The translations under genes and the position numbers were made by a program. DNA of 64,000 nt from Squalus acanthias (lineage: Eukaryota): NCBI GenBank assembly GCA_030390025.1, contig CM059449.1:2232001-2296000 (forward strand), written 5' to 3'. Of the stretch, positions 21,811 through 34,700 are shown in pieces (within the stretch, counting starts at the first letter, position 1; the number at the start of each line of letters is the position of its first letter). A model generated the notes under the pieces. The model ran no database searches. It was not told the origin of the DNA and worked only from the letters and a program-made list of their open reading frames with translations.

Positions 21811-24800
21811 CTTCAGAAGGCCTTTGATAAAGTCCCACGTAAGAGGTTAGTGTGCAAAATTAAAGCACATGGGATTGGGGGTAATATACTGGCACGGATT
21901 GAAAATTGGTTAACAGACAAGAAACAGAGAGTAGGAATAAATGGGTCTTTTTCGGGGTGGTAGGCGGTGACCAGTGGGGTACCGCAGGGATCAGTGCTTG
22001 GGCCCCAGCTATTCACAATATATCAATGATTTGGACAAGGGAACCAAATGTAATATTTCCAAGTTTCCTGACAACACGAAACTAGGTGGGATTGTGAGTT
22101 GTGAGGAGGATGCAAACAGGCTTCAAGGCGATTTAGACAAGTTGAGTGACCATAACATGGTTGAATTTCATATTCAATTAGAGGGTGAGAAGGTTGGATC
22201 TCAAACAAGCGTGCTAAGCTTGAATAAAGGTGACTATGAAGGTATGCGAGCGGAATTGAGTAGAGTGGATTGGGAAAATAGATTAAAGGGTAAGACGACA
22301 CATGATCAGTGGTGTACATTCAAGGAGTTATTTTACAACTTCCAAAAAATATATATTCCACTGAAAAGAAAAGGGTGTAAAAGAAAGGACAGTCATCCGT
22401 GGCTAAGTAAAGAAATTAAGGATAGTATTCGACTAAAAACAAGGGCATATAAGGTAGCGAAATCTAGTGGGAGGACAGAGGATTGGGAAAACTTTAAAAG
22501 GCAGCAAAAAATAACAAAAAGATTGATTAAGAAAGGGAAGATAGATTATGAAAGTAAATTAGCAAAAAATATAAAAACAGATAGTAAGAGTTTTTATAGT
22601 TATATAAAAAGAAAAAGGGTGGCTAAAGTAAATGTTGGTCCCTTAGAGGATGAGACCGGGAAATTAATGGTGGGAAATATGGAGATGGCAAAAACACTGA
22701 ATGAATATTTTGTATCAGTCTTTACAGTAGAGGACACTAAGAATATCCCAACACTGGACAAACAGGGGGCTATAGGGGGAGAGGAGCTAAACACGATCAA
22801 AATCACTAAGGAAGTGGTACTCGGTAAAATAATGGGACTCAAGGCGGATAAATCACCTGGACCTGATGGCTTACATCCTAGAGTCTTGAAGGAAGTGGCG
22901 GTAGGAATTGTAGATGCATTGGTAATAATTTTTCAAAACTCCCTGGATTCCGCTAAGGTCCCGGCAGACTGGAAAACTGCTAATGTAACACCCTTATTTA
23001 AAAAGGGCAGTAGACAGAAGGCTGGTAACTATAGACCGGTTAGCCTAACATCTGTGGTAGGTAAAATTTTGGAGTCCATTATTAAGGAAACAGTAACAGG
23101 ACATTTGGATAATCATAATTTAATAGGACAAAGTCAGCATGGTTTTACGAAGGGGAAGTCATGTTTGACAAATTTGCTGGAGTTCTTTGAGGAAGTAACA
23201 TATAGAGTGGATAAAGGGGAACCAGTGGACGTAGTGTATTTAGACTTCCAAAAGGCATTTGACAAGGTGCCACACAAAAGATTATTGCTTAAGGTAAAAA
23301 ATCACAGGATTGGGGGTAATATTCTGGCATGGATAGAGGATTGGCTATCTAACAGAAAACAAAGAGTTGGGATAAATGGTTCCTTCTCAGACTGGCAATC
23401 AGTAACTAGTGGTGTTCCACAGGGGTCAGTGCTGGGTCCCCAACTCTTTACAATCTATATTAACGATTTGGAGGAAGGGACCAAGTGTAACATATCAAAA
23501 TTTGCAGATGATACTAAGATGGGAAGGAAAGTAGTGAGTGAGGAGGACATAAAAAACCTGCAAGGGGACATAGACAGGCTAAGTAAGTGGGCAGAGATTT
23601 GGCAGATGGAATACAACACTGGAAAGTGTGAGGTGATGCACTTTGGCAGGAAAAATCCTAGAGCAATTTATTATCTTAATGGCAAGAAACTGGAGAGTAC
23701 TGAAGTGCAAAGGGATCTGGGGGTCCTGGTGCACGAAACTCAAAAGGTTAGTATGCAGGTGCAGCAAGTGATTAAGAAGGCAAATGGAATGTTGGCTTTC
23801 ATTGCTAGGGGGATAGAATATAAAAATAGGGAGGTATTGCTTCAGTTGTACAAGGTATTGGTGAGACCGCACCTGGAATACTGCATACAGTTTTGGTGTC
23901 CTTACTTAAGGAAAGACATCCTTGCTCTCGAGGCAGTGCAAAAAAGGTTCACTCGGTTAATCCCGGGGATGGGGGGGTGGTCATATGAGGAGAGGTTGGG
24001 TAGATTGGGACTCTACTCATTGGAGTTCAGAAGAATGAGAGGCGATCTTATTGAAACATATAAGATTGTGAAGGGGTTGGATCGGGTGGATGCAGGGAGG
24101 ATGTTCCCGATGACGGGTGAGACTAGAACTAGGGGACATAGTCTTAGAATAAGGGGCTGCTCTTTCAAAACGGAGATGAGGAGGAACTACTTCACTCAGA
24201 GGGTGGTAGGTCCATGGAATATGCTGCCACAAAAAGCTGTAGAAGCTACATCATTAAATAAATTTAAAACAGAAATAGACAGTTTCCTAGAAGTAAAGGG
24301 CATTAAGGGTTACGGGGAGCGGGCAGGAATTTGGACATGAGTCTAGGTTCGGATCGGTCATGGCCCTGTGGGTAGTGGAGCGGGCCCAGGGACCGTGTAG
24401 CCTGATTCTGCTCCTATTTCGTGTGTGCAATTCTGTTAGATGCAGGAGATGGTTCTGTGATAGTAGATAGTAGATTGGCGGTTAGGATCAGATCAGCCAT
24501 GATCTTATTGAATGGCGGAGCAGGCTCGAGGGGCCGATTGGCCGACTCCTGCTCCTATTTCTTATGTTCTTATGTTGAGTGAGTGGACAAATACATAGCA
24601 GGTGCAGTATAACATGGATAAATGTGAAGTTATCCAATTTGGTAGGAAAAACAGAAAGGCAGAGTATTATTCAAATGGTAATAGATTGGGAAATGTTGAT
24701 GTACAAAGGGACCTGGGAGTCCTTGTACACCAGTCACTGAAAGCAAACATGCAGGTGCAGCAAGCAGTTAGGAAGGCAAATGGTATGTTGGCCTTCATTG
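21811..24800 (+). mobile_element. CR1 fragment (21811-22149 and 24574-24800) hosting a younger CR1
   Basis: Host coding ...DLDKLSE|WTN.. is continuous across the insert; TSD GTTGAGTGA at 22141-22149 and 24574-24582. Confidence 0.88.
22150..24573 (+). mobile_element. CR1-F: young 5'-truncated CR1 with an open RT frame to 24340 and an extended 3' UTR
   Basis: Uninterrupted from DHNMVEF to GIWT*; (CTTATGTT)n tail. Confidence 0.92.
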
Positions 24801-27103
24801 CAGCCCTACAATCCTCCATCTCGATAACCTCCTCCATTCCTGGAAGCCTCCCTGTCTCTGTAACCTCCTCCAGCCTCTACAACCATCCCTATCCCTGTAA
24901 CCTCCTCCAGCCTCCACAACCCTCCCTATCTCTGTAAGCTCCTCCAGCCCTAGCAGCCTCCCTATCTCTGAAACCTCCTCTAGCCCTACAACCTTCCCTA
25001 TCTCTGTAACCTCCACCAGACCGACAACCCTCCCTATCTCTGTAACCTCCTACAACCCTCCCTGTCTCGTTAATCTCCTCCAGCCCTACAACCCTCCCTA
25101 TCTCTATCCTCCTCCAGCCCAACAACCCTCGCTATCTCTGTGACCTCCTCCAGCCCTACAACCCTCCCTATCTCTATCCTCCTCCAGCCCTACAACACTC
25201 CCTATCTCTGTAACTTTCTCCAGCCCTACAACTCTCCCTTTCTCTGTAACCTCCTACAGCCCTCCCGGTCTCGTTAATCTCCTCCAGCCCTGCAACCCTC
25301 CCTAGCTCTAACCTCCTCCAGCCCAACACCCTCCGTCTCTGTATCCTCCACCAGCCCTACCACTCTTCCTAATTCTGTAACCTTCTCCACCCCTCGCTCC
25401 TCCCTGTCTCAGTAACCTCCTCCAGCCCTAATACCCTCCCGGTCACTGTAACCTCCTCAAACACTACAACACTCGCTATCTCTGTAACCTCCTCCAGTCC
25501 AACAACACTCCCGATCTATGTAACCTCCTCCAGCCCTACAATTATCCCTATATCTGTAACCTCCTCCAGCCCTACAATCCTCCGTCTCTATAACCTCCTC
25601 CAGCCCTAGAAGCCTCCCTATCTCTGTAACCTCCTCCAGCCTTGACAACCCTCCCCATCTCTAACCTCCTCCAGCCCGACAACGCTCCCTGTCCCTGTAA
25701 CCTCCTCCAGCCCTGGAAGCCTTCCGATCTCTGTAACCTCCACCAGCCCTACAACCCACACTATCTCTGTAACCTCCTCCAGCCTCTACAACCCTCCCTA
25801 TCTCTGTAACCTCCTCCAGCCCTACAACCCACTCTCTGTAACCTCCTCCTGCCTCTCCAACCCACACTATCTCTGTAACCTCCTCCAGCCCGCCAACCCC
25901 ACTGATCTCTGTAATCTCCTCCAGTCCGACAACACTCCCTATCTCTGTAACCTCCTCCATCCCTACCACCCTCCCTATCTCTGTAACCTCCTCCAGCCTC
26001 TACAACCCTCCCTGTCTCTAACCTCCTCCAAACTTACAACCCACCCTGTCTCTGTAACCTCCTCCAGCCCTGGAAGGAGTCCCTATCTCTGTAACCTCCT
26101 ACAGCCTGTACAACCCTCCCTGTCCCTCTAATCTCCTCCAGCCCTACAACCCTCCCTATCTCCAACCTCCTCCAGCCCTACAACCCTCCCGTCTCTAAAC
26201 TCCTCCAGCCCTACAACCCTCCACCTCTAACCGCCCGACAACCCTCCCTGTCACTGTAACCTCCTCCAGCCCTGCAGCCCACACCATCTCTGTAACCTCC
26301 TCCAGCCTCAACAACCCTCCCTGTCTCTGTAACCTCCTCCAGCCCTAACACCCTCCCTAACTGTAACCTCCTCCAGCCCGACAACCCTCCTTATCTCTGT
26401 AACTTCCTCCAGCCCTGCAACCCTCCATCTCTGTAACCTACTCCAGCCCTACAACCCTCCCCAACTCTATATCCTCCTCCAGCCCTACAACCCTCCTTAT
26501 CTCTGTAACTTCCTCCAGCCCTACAACCCTCCCTATCTCTGTATCCTGCTCCAGCCCTACAACCCTCCGTCTCAGTAACCTCCTCCATCCCGAAAACCCT
26601 CCGTCTCGATAACCTCCTCCAGCCCTACAACACTCCCCCAGCCCTACAACCCTCACCTCCTCCAGGCCCTACAACCCTCCCTATCTCTGAACTCCTGTAG
26701 ACCTACAACCCACCCTCTCTAACCTCCTCCAGCCCTACAACCCTCCCCATCTCTGTATCCTCCTCCAGCCCTACAACCCTCCGTCTGTGTAAGCTCCTCC
26801 AGCCCTACAATCCTCCCCATCTCTGTAACCTCCTCCAGCCCTACAACCCTCCTTATCTCTGTAACCACCTCCAGCCCTACAACCCTCCCTAGCTCTGTAA
26901 CGTCCTCCAGCCCTACAACCCTCCGTCTGTGTAACCTCCTCCAGCCCTACAACCTTCCCTATCTCTGTATCCTCCTCCAGCCCCAACAACCCTCCCCATC
27001 TCTGTAACCTTCTCCAGCCCTACAACCCTCCCCATCTCTGTATCCTCCTCCAGCCCTACAACCCTCCCCATCTCTGTAACCTCCTCCAGCTCTGTCTCTG
27101 TAA
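24801..27103 (-). repeat. Left 36-bp tandem array (C-rich on the + strand)
   Basis: Diverged copies of TATCTCTGTAACCTCCTCCAGCCCTACAACCCTCCC. Confidence 0.97.
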
Positions 27104-27104
27104 C

Positions 27105-27657
27105 CCGGGTTCGGGGAGGGTGCGGCTGGGCCAGGAACTGCTCCAGTCCGGCTCCTGGGTGTGAGCAAGGAGCCTAGCCCGGCCTATGCCTCTCCTCCCC
27201 GGGGCCGCTCTCCCATTCTCCACCCATTCCTCTCGCTCAATGCATTAGCAGCAAATGGCACCAACCTGTCTGCGCCCAAACTTTCCGCCGCTTTCCGCCC
27301 AACAAAATGGTCCGACTCAATCTCACTGCACAAAAGAGATTTCACTTTGCTGCCCTTTGGATGGGCGCGGCGTGAATTGGAGCAAATGTAGGAGTCCGGA
27401 GCTCGGCTCCCGCACCCGGCCTTTAACCACATTTGATGCTGCGGGACATTTCGTGAAGTGAGCCCAGCCCCAGGAACCTTTCCACATCAAGTTGTCCTGA
27501 GTCCGGTGGGACGGGGCTTCTTTTACAGAAGCGCCCGCTTCCACTCGCTTCTTTAATTTAACTTTGGAAGCGGGTTCATTGGAAGCAACAGGTCCGGATC
27601 TTCATTCACTTCCGCATTTGCACACGGCAGCCTGTTGCCCAGCAACAGAGTGAGTTC
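27105..27657 (+). promoter_or_regulatory. Left arm of inverted duplication: putative CpG-rich promoter and non-coding first exon (+), donor at 27650
   Basis: GC/CpG-rich; IRF-like TTTCACTTT at 27340-27348; ATTGG boxes; AGA|GTGAGT donor; reverse complement of 28187-28765. Confidence 0.55.
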
Positions 27658-27869
27658 ATGTCTGAGAAATCGCGGACCAGATGGGCCGCGAGCAGCCTTG
27701 TGGTGGGCCCTGGGTGTCCTGTGGTATGGACACCTGAGAATGACATTTACATCCAAGCAATCCCATATAATCTTCAGTCGGATTCCCAGTCAGATTTTAT
27801 CCAGCTTGTGAAGAATGTACTGAGATAATTCACTCAAATAATTGCATTTTATTTTGAATTTGCAGAGTG

Positions 27870-27930
27870 ATGAAAATGGAGTGTGGAACTCTCCTTCTCG
27901 GTCTGTTCCTTGTTTGTGGTCCAGTATCTG
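27870..27930 (+). CDS. Orphan signal-peptide exon (exon begins at 27866)
   Basis: ttttattttgaatttgcag|AGTG ATG; MKMECGTLLLGLFLVCGPVS-G|gtgagt; 20 codons plus a phase-1 donor. Confidence 0.65.
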
Positions 27931-28104
27931 GTGAGTAATCTCTCTTTCTCGGTAATGTTTCTACATTTTGACATTCTATACAGGTTGTGTTCTTTAACAG
28001 TAGCGTCACTGACCTTTTTCATGTTGTATGACATAATTATCGGATGTCACTTCTTGTACCTGGAGAAGTTCAATCAATGATGTAAAAATTCAGGTAATTA
28101 CAGA

Positions 28105-28185
28105 GTCGACCATGGCTCAGTGGGTGGAGCTCTCTCCTCTGACTCAGAAGGTCATGGGTTCAAGTTCTACGCCGGAGACTTGAGC
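28105..28185 (+). mobile_element. tRNA-derived SINE head abutting the right arm
   Basis: A box TGGCTCAGTGGG and B box GGTTCAAGTTC; similar to the head of the SINE at 60229-60672. Confidence 0.75.
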
Positions 28186-28186
28186 A

Positions 28187-28765
28187 GAACTCACTCTGTT
28201 GCTGGGCAACAGGCTGCCGGGTGAAAATGCTGAAGTGAGTGAGGTTCCGCACCTGTCGCTTCCAATGAACCGGGTAAACCCGCTTCCAAAGTTAAATTAA
28301 AGAAGCGAGTGGAAGCGGGCGCTTCAGTAAAAGAAGTCCCGTCCCACCGAACTCAGGACAACTTGATGTGGAAAGGTTCCTGGGGCTGGGCTCACTTCAG
28401 CAGACGGAGCGGCCCCCAAATGTCCCGCAGCATCAAATGTGGGGAAAGGCCGGGGGCGGGAGCCGAGCTCCGGACTCTTCCCTTTGCTCCAATTCACGCC
28501 GCGCCCATCCAAAGGGCAGCAAAGTGAAAGCTCTTTTGTGAAGTGAGTTTGAGTCGGGCCATTTTGTTGGGCGGAAAGTTTGGGCGCAGACAGGTTGGTG
28601 CCATTTGCTGCTAATGCATTGAGCGAGTGAAATGGGTGGAGAATGGGAGAGGGAGTGCGGCCCCGGGGAGGAGAGGCATCGGCCGGGCCGGGCTCGGTTC
28701 CTTCCTCACACCCAGGAGCCGGACTGGAGCAGCTCCGGGCGCGGCGGCACTCTCCCCGAACCAGG
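28187..28765 (-). promoter_or_regulatory. Right arm of inverted duplication: putative promoter and non-coding first exon (-), donor at 28194; candidate 5' end of the BTN-like gene
   Basis: ACTCAC at 28189-28194 reads GTGAGT on minus; AAAGTGAAAGC at 28521-28531. The BTN-like leader exon has an acceptor and so needs an upstream exon. Confidence 0.55.
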
Positions 28766-28771
28766 ATTTCT

Positions 28772-31700
28772 GGGAGCGTTGTAGGGCTGGAGGAGGTTAC
28801 AGAGATAGGGAGGGGTGTGGGGCTGGAGGAGGTTACAGAGCTAGGGAGGGTTGTAGGGGCTGGAGGAGGTTACAGAGATAGGGAGGGTTGTAGGGGCTGG
28901 AGGAGGTTACAGAGATAGGGAGGGTTGTAGGGGCTGGAGGAGGTTACAGAGATAGGGAGGGTTGTAGGGGCTGGAGGAGGTTACAGAGATAGGGAGGGTT
29001 GTAGGGGCTGGAGGAGGTTACAGAGATAGGGAGGGTTGTAGGGGCTGGAGGAGGTTACAGAGATAGGGAGGGTTGTAGGGGCTGGAGGAGGTTACAGAGA
29101 TAGGGAGGGTTGTAGGGGCTGGAGGAGGTTACAGAGATAGGGAGGGTTGTAGGGGCTGGAGGAGGTTACAGAGATAGGGAGGGTTGTAGGGGCTGGAGGA
29201 GGTTACAGAGATAGGGAGGGTTGTAGGGGCTGGAGGAGGTTACAGAGATAGGGAGGGTTGTAGGGGCTGGAGGAGGGTACAGAGATAGGGAGGGTTGTAG
29301 GGGCTGGAGGAGGTTACAGAGATAGGGAGGGTTGTAGGGGCTGGAGGAGGTTACAGAGATAGGGTGGGTTGTAGGGCTGGAGGAGGTTACAGAAATGGGG
29401 AGGGTTATAGGGGCTGGATGAAGTTACAGAGATAGGGTGGGTTGTGGGGCTGGAGGAGGTTACAAAGACAGGCAGGGTTGTAGGGCTGGAGGAGGTTACA
29501 GAGATAGGGAGGGTTGTAGGGCTGGAGGAGGTTACAAAGATTGGCAGGGTTGTCGGGGCAGGAGGAGGTTACAGAGATAGGAAGGGTAGTTGGGCTGGAG
29601 GAGGTTACAGAGATAGGGAGGGTTGTAGGGGCTGGAGGAGGTTACAGAGACAGGGTGGGTTGTGGGGCTGGAGGAGGTTACAGAGATAGGGTGGGCTGTA
29701 GGGCTGGAGGAGTTTACAGAGATAGGGAGGATTCTAGGGCTGGAGCAGGTTACAGAGATAGGGAGGGAGGTAGGGCTGGAGGTTACAGAGATAGGGAGGG
29801 TTGTTGGGCTGGAAGAGGTTACAGAGATAGGGAGGGTTGTAGATCTGGAGCAGGTTACAGCGATAGGGAGGGATGTAGGGCTGGATGTTACAGAGATAGG
29901 GTGGGTTGTGGGGTTGGAGGAGGTTACAGAGACAGGGAGGGTTGTCGGGGCAGGAGGAGGTTACACAAATAGGGAGGGTAGTTGGGCTGGAGGAGGTTAC
30001 AGAGATAGGGAGGGTTGTAGGGCTGGAGGAGGTTACCGAGACAGGGAGGGTTGTACGGCTGGAGGAGGTTACAGAAATAGGGAGGGTTGTAGGGGCTGGA
30101 GGAGGTTACAGAGATAGGGAGGGTTGTAGGGCTGGAGGAGGTTACAGAGACAGGCAGGGTTGTAGGGCTGGAGGAGGTTAGAGAGATAATGAGGGAGGGT
30201 TGTAGGACTGGAGGATATTACAGAGCTAGGGAGGGTTGTACGGCTGGATGAGGTTAAAGAGATAGGGAGGGTTGTAGGGCTGGAGGAGGTTACAGAGATA
30301 GGGCGGGTTGTCAGGGAAGGAGGAGGTTGCAGAGATAGGGAGGGTAGTTGGGTTGGAAGAGGTTACAGAGATAGTGAGGGTTGTCGGGGCAGGAGGAGGT
30401 TACAGAGATAGAAGGGTTGTAGTGGCTGGAGGAGGTTACAGAGATAGGCAGCGTTGTAGGGCTGGAGGAGGTTACAGCGATAGGCAGGGTTGCAGGGCTG
30501 GAGGAGGTTACAGAGATAGGGAGGGTTGTAGGGGCTGGAGGAGGTTACAGAGATAGTGAGGGCTGTTAGGGCTGGAGGAGGTTACAGAGATAGGAAGGGT
30601 TGTAGGGCTGGAGGTTACAGAGATAGTGGGTTGTAGGGCTGGAGAAGGTTACAGAGATAGGGCGGGCTGTTGTGCTGGAGGAGGTTACAGAGATAGGGAG
30701 GGTTGTAGGGCTGGAGGAGGTTACAGAGATAGGGAGGATTGTAGGGCTTGAGATTACAGAGATAGGGAGGGTTGTAGGGCTGGAGGAGGTTACAGAGATA
30801 GGCAGCGTTGTAGGGCTGGAGGAGGTTACAGCGATAGGCAGGGTTGCAGGGCTGGAGGAGGTTACAGAGATAGGGAGGGTTGTAGGGGCTGGAGGAGGTT
30901 ACAGAGATAGTGAGGGCTGTTAGGGCTGGAGGAGGTTACAGAGATAGGAAGGGTTGTAGGGCTGGAGGTTACAGAGATAGTGGGTTGTAGGGCTGGAGAA
31001 GGTTACAGAGATAGGGCGGGCTGTTGTGCTGGAGGAGGTTACAGAGATAGGGAGGGTTGTAGGGCTGGAGGAGGTTACAGAGATAGGGAGGATTGTAGGG
31101 CTTGAGATTACAGAGATAGGGAGGGTTGTAGGGCTGGAGGAGGTAACAGAGATAGGGATGGTTGTAGGGGCTGCAGCAGGTTACAGAGATAGTGAGGGTT
31201 GTGGGGCTGGAGGAGGTTACATAGATAGGGAGGGTTGTTGCGCTGGAGGAGGTTACCGAGATAGGGAGGGTTGTGGGGCTGGAGGAGGTTACAGAGATAG
31301 GAAGGGTTGTAGGGGCTGGAGGAGGTTACAGAGATAGGAAGGGTTGTGGGACTGGAGGAGGTTACAGAGATCGGAATGGTTCTAGGGCTGGAGGAGGTTA
31401 CAGAGATTGGGTTGGTTGTAGGGGCTGGAGGAGGTTACAGAGATAGGGAGGGTTGTAGGGGCTGGAGGAGGGTACAGAGATAGGGAGGGTTGTAGGGACT
31501 GGAGGAGGTTACAGAGATAGGGAGGGTTGTAGGGGCTGGAGGAGGTTACAGAGATAGGGTGGGTTGTAGGGCTGGAGGAGGTTGCAGAAATGGGGAGGGT
31601 TATAGGGGCTGGATGAAGTTACAGAGATAGGGTGGGTTGTGGGGCTGGAGGAGGTTACAGAGATAGGGAGGGTTGTAGGGGCTGGAGGAGGTTACAGAGA

Positions 31701-34700
31701 CAGGGTGGGTTGTGGGGCTGGAGGAGGTTACAGAGATAGGGTGGGCTGTAGGGCTGGAGGAGTTTACAGAGATAGGGAGGATTCTAGGGCTGGAGCAGGT
31801 TACAGAGATAGGGAGGGATGTAGGGCTGGAGGTTACAGAGATAGGGAGGGTTGTTGGGCTGGAAGAGGTTACAGAGATAGGGAGGGTTGTAGGTCTGGAG
31901 CAGGTTACAGCGATAGGGAGGGATGTAGGGCTGGATGTTACAGAGATAGGGTGGGTTGTGGGGTTGGAGGAGGTTACAGAGACAGGGAGGGTTGTCGGGG
32001 CAGGAGGAGGTTACACAAATAGGGAGGGTAGTTGGGCTGGAGGAGGTTACAGAGATAGGGAGGGTTGTAGGGCTGGAGGAGGTTACCGAGACAGGGAGGG
32101 TTGTACGGCTGGAGGAGGTTACAGAAATAGGGAGGGTTGTAGTGGCTGGAGGAGGTTACAGAGATAGGGAGGGTTGTAGGGCTGGAGGAGGTTACAGAGA
32201 CAGGCAGGGTTGTAGGGCTGGAGGAGGTTAGAGAGATAATGAGGGAGGGTTGTAGGACTGGAGGATATTACAGAGCTAGGGAGGGTTGTACGGCTGGATG
32301 AGGTTAAAGAGATAGGGAGGGTTGTAGGGCTGGAGGAGGTTACAGAGATAGGGCGGGTTGTCAGGGAAGGAGGAGGTTGCAGAGATAGGGAGGGTAGTCG
32401 GGTTGGAAGAGGTTACAGAGATAGTGAGGGTTGTCTGGGCAGGAGGAGGTTACAGAGATAGAAGGGTTGTAGTGGCTGGAGGAGGTTACAGAGATAGGCA
32501 GCGTTGTAGGGCTGGAGGAGGTTACAGCGATAGGCAGGGTTGCAGGGCTGGAGGAGGTTACAGAGATAGGGAGGGTTGTAGGGGCTGGAGGAGGTTACAG
32601 AGATAGTGAGGGCTGTTAGGGCTGGAGGAGGTTACAGAGATAGGAAGGGTTGTAGGGCTGGAGGTTACAGAGATAGTGGGTTGTTGGGCTGGAGGAGGTT
32701 ACAGAGATAGGGAGGGTTGTAGGGCTGGAGGAGGTTACAGAGATAGGGAGGATTGTAGGGCTTGAGATTACAGAGATAGGGAGGGTTGTAGGGCTGGAGG
32801 AGGTAACAGAGATAGGGATGGTTGTAGGGGCTGCAGCAGGTTACAGAGATAGTGAGGGTTGTGGGGCTGGAGGAGGTTACATAGATAGGGAGGGTTGTTG
32901 CGCTGGAGGAGGTTACCGAGATAGGGAGGGTTGTGGGGCTGGAGGAGGTTACAGAGATAGGAAGGGTTGTAGGGGCTGGAGGAGGTTACAGAGATAGGAA
33001 GGGTTCTGGGACTGGAGGAGGTTACAGAGATCGGAATGGTTCTAGGGCTGGAGGAGGTTACAGAGATTGGGTTGGTTGGAGGGGCTGGAGGAGGTTACAG
33101 AGATAGGGAGGGTTGTAGGGCTGGAGGAGTTTACAGAGACAGGCAGGGTTGTAGGGCTGGAGGAGGTTAGAGAGATAATGAGGGAGGGTTGTAGGACTGG
33201 AGGATATTACAGAGCTAGGGAGGGTTGTCGGGCTGGAGGAGGTTACAGAGATAGGGATGATTGTAGGGCTTGAGGAGGTTACAGAGATAGGGAGGGTTGT
33301 AGGGCTGGAGAAGGTTACAGAGATAGGGCGGGTTGTAGGGCTGGAGGAGGTTAGAGATAAGGATGGTTGTAGGGGCTGCAGCAGGTTACAGAGATAGTGA
33401 GGGTTGAAGGGCTGGAGGAGGTTACAGAGATAGGAAGGGTTGTCGGGCTGGAGGTTACAGAGATAGTGGGTTGTGGGGCTGGAGGAGGTTACATCGATAG
33501 GGAGGGTTGTAGGGCTGGAGGAGGTTACTGAGATAGAAGGGTTGTAGTGGCTGGAGGAGGTTTCAGAGATAGGGAGCATTGTAGGGCTGGAGGAGGTTAC
33601 AAAGTTAGGTAGAGTTGTCGGGCTGGAGGAGGTTACAGAGATAGGTAGGGTTGTCGGGCTGGAGGAGGTTACAGAGATAGGGAGGGTTGTCGGGGCTGGA
33701 GGAGGTTACAGAGATAGTGAGGATTGTGGGACTGGAGGAGGTTACAGAGATCGGAAGGGTTCTAGGGCTGGAGGAGGCTACAGAGATTGGGTTGGTTGTA
33801 GGGGCTGGAGGAGGTTACAGAGATAGGGCGGGTTCTGAGGCTGGAGGAGGTTACAGAGACAGGGAGCGTTGTAGGGCTGGAAGAGATTACGGAGATAGGG
33901 AAGGTTGTAGCGCTGGAGGAGGTTACCGAGATAGGGAGGGTTGTTGTGCTGGAGGAGGTAACAAAGATAGGGAGGGCTGCATGAGGATACAGAGATGGGG
34001 AGGGTTGTAGGGCTGGAGGAGGATACAGAGATAGGGCGGGTTGTCGGGGCAGGAGGAGGTTACAGAGATAGCTAGGGTTGTTGGGCTGGAGGATGTTACA
34101 GAGACACTGAGGAATGTACGGCTGGAGGATGCTACAGAGATAGGGAGGGTTGAAAGGCTGGAGGAGGTTACAGAGATAGGGAGGGTTGTGGGGCTGGAGG
34201 AGGTTAGAGATCGGAAGGGTTCTAGGGCTGGAGGAGGTTACAGGGATTGGGTTGGTTGTAGGGGCTGGAGGAGGTTACAGAGTTCGGGAGGGTTCTGAGG
34301 CTGGAGGAGGTTACAGAGACGGGGAGCGTTGTAGGGCTGGAAGAGATTACGGAGATAGGGAAGGTTGTAGCGCTGGAGGAGGTTACCGAGATAGGGAGGG
34401 TTGTTGTGCTGGAGGAGGTTACAGATAGGGAGGGTTGTGGGGCCGGAGGAGGTTCCAGAGATATGGAGGGTTGATGGACTGGAGGAGCTTACAGAGATAG
34501 GGAGGTTTCTAGGGCTGGAGGAGGTTATAAAGATAGGGAGGGCTGCAGGGCTGGATGAGGATACAGAGATGGGGAGGGTTGTCGGGCTCGAGGAGGATAC
34601 AGAGATCGGGCGGGTTGTCGGGGCAGGAGTAGGTTACAGAGATAGCTTGGGTTGTTGGGCTGGAGGAGGTTACAGAGACAGGGAGGAATGTACGGCTGAA

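Noticed and set aside
21974-24340. 788-aa ORF as a single gene
   Set aside because: It is a chance in-frame chimera of the host CR1 and inserted CR1-F across the TSD at 22141-22149.
28105-28185. tRNA gene
   Set aside because: It has A and B boxes but matches a SINE head and has no convincing cloverleaf or terminator.
28844-28880. Chi-like GCTGGAGG and PRDM9-like CCTCCCT motifs in the monomer
   Set aside because: Short motifs expected in G-rich repeats, and their specificity belongs to unrelated taxa.
27161-28918. Mirror ORFs in the arms (MEAGASVKE..)
   Set aside because: Non-ATG starts and indels between arms break the frames; the similarity reflects DNA duplication only.
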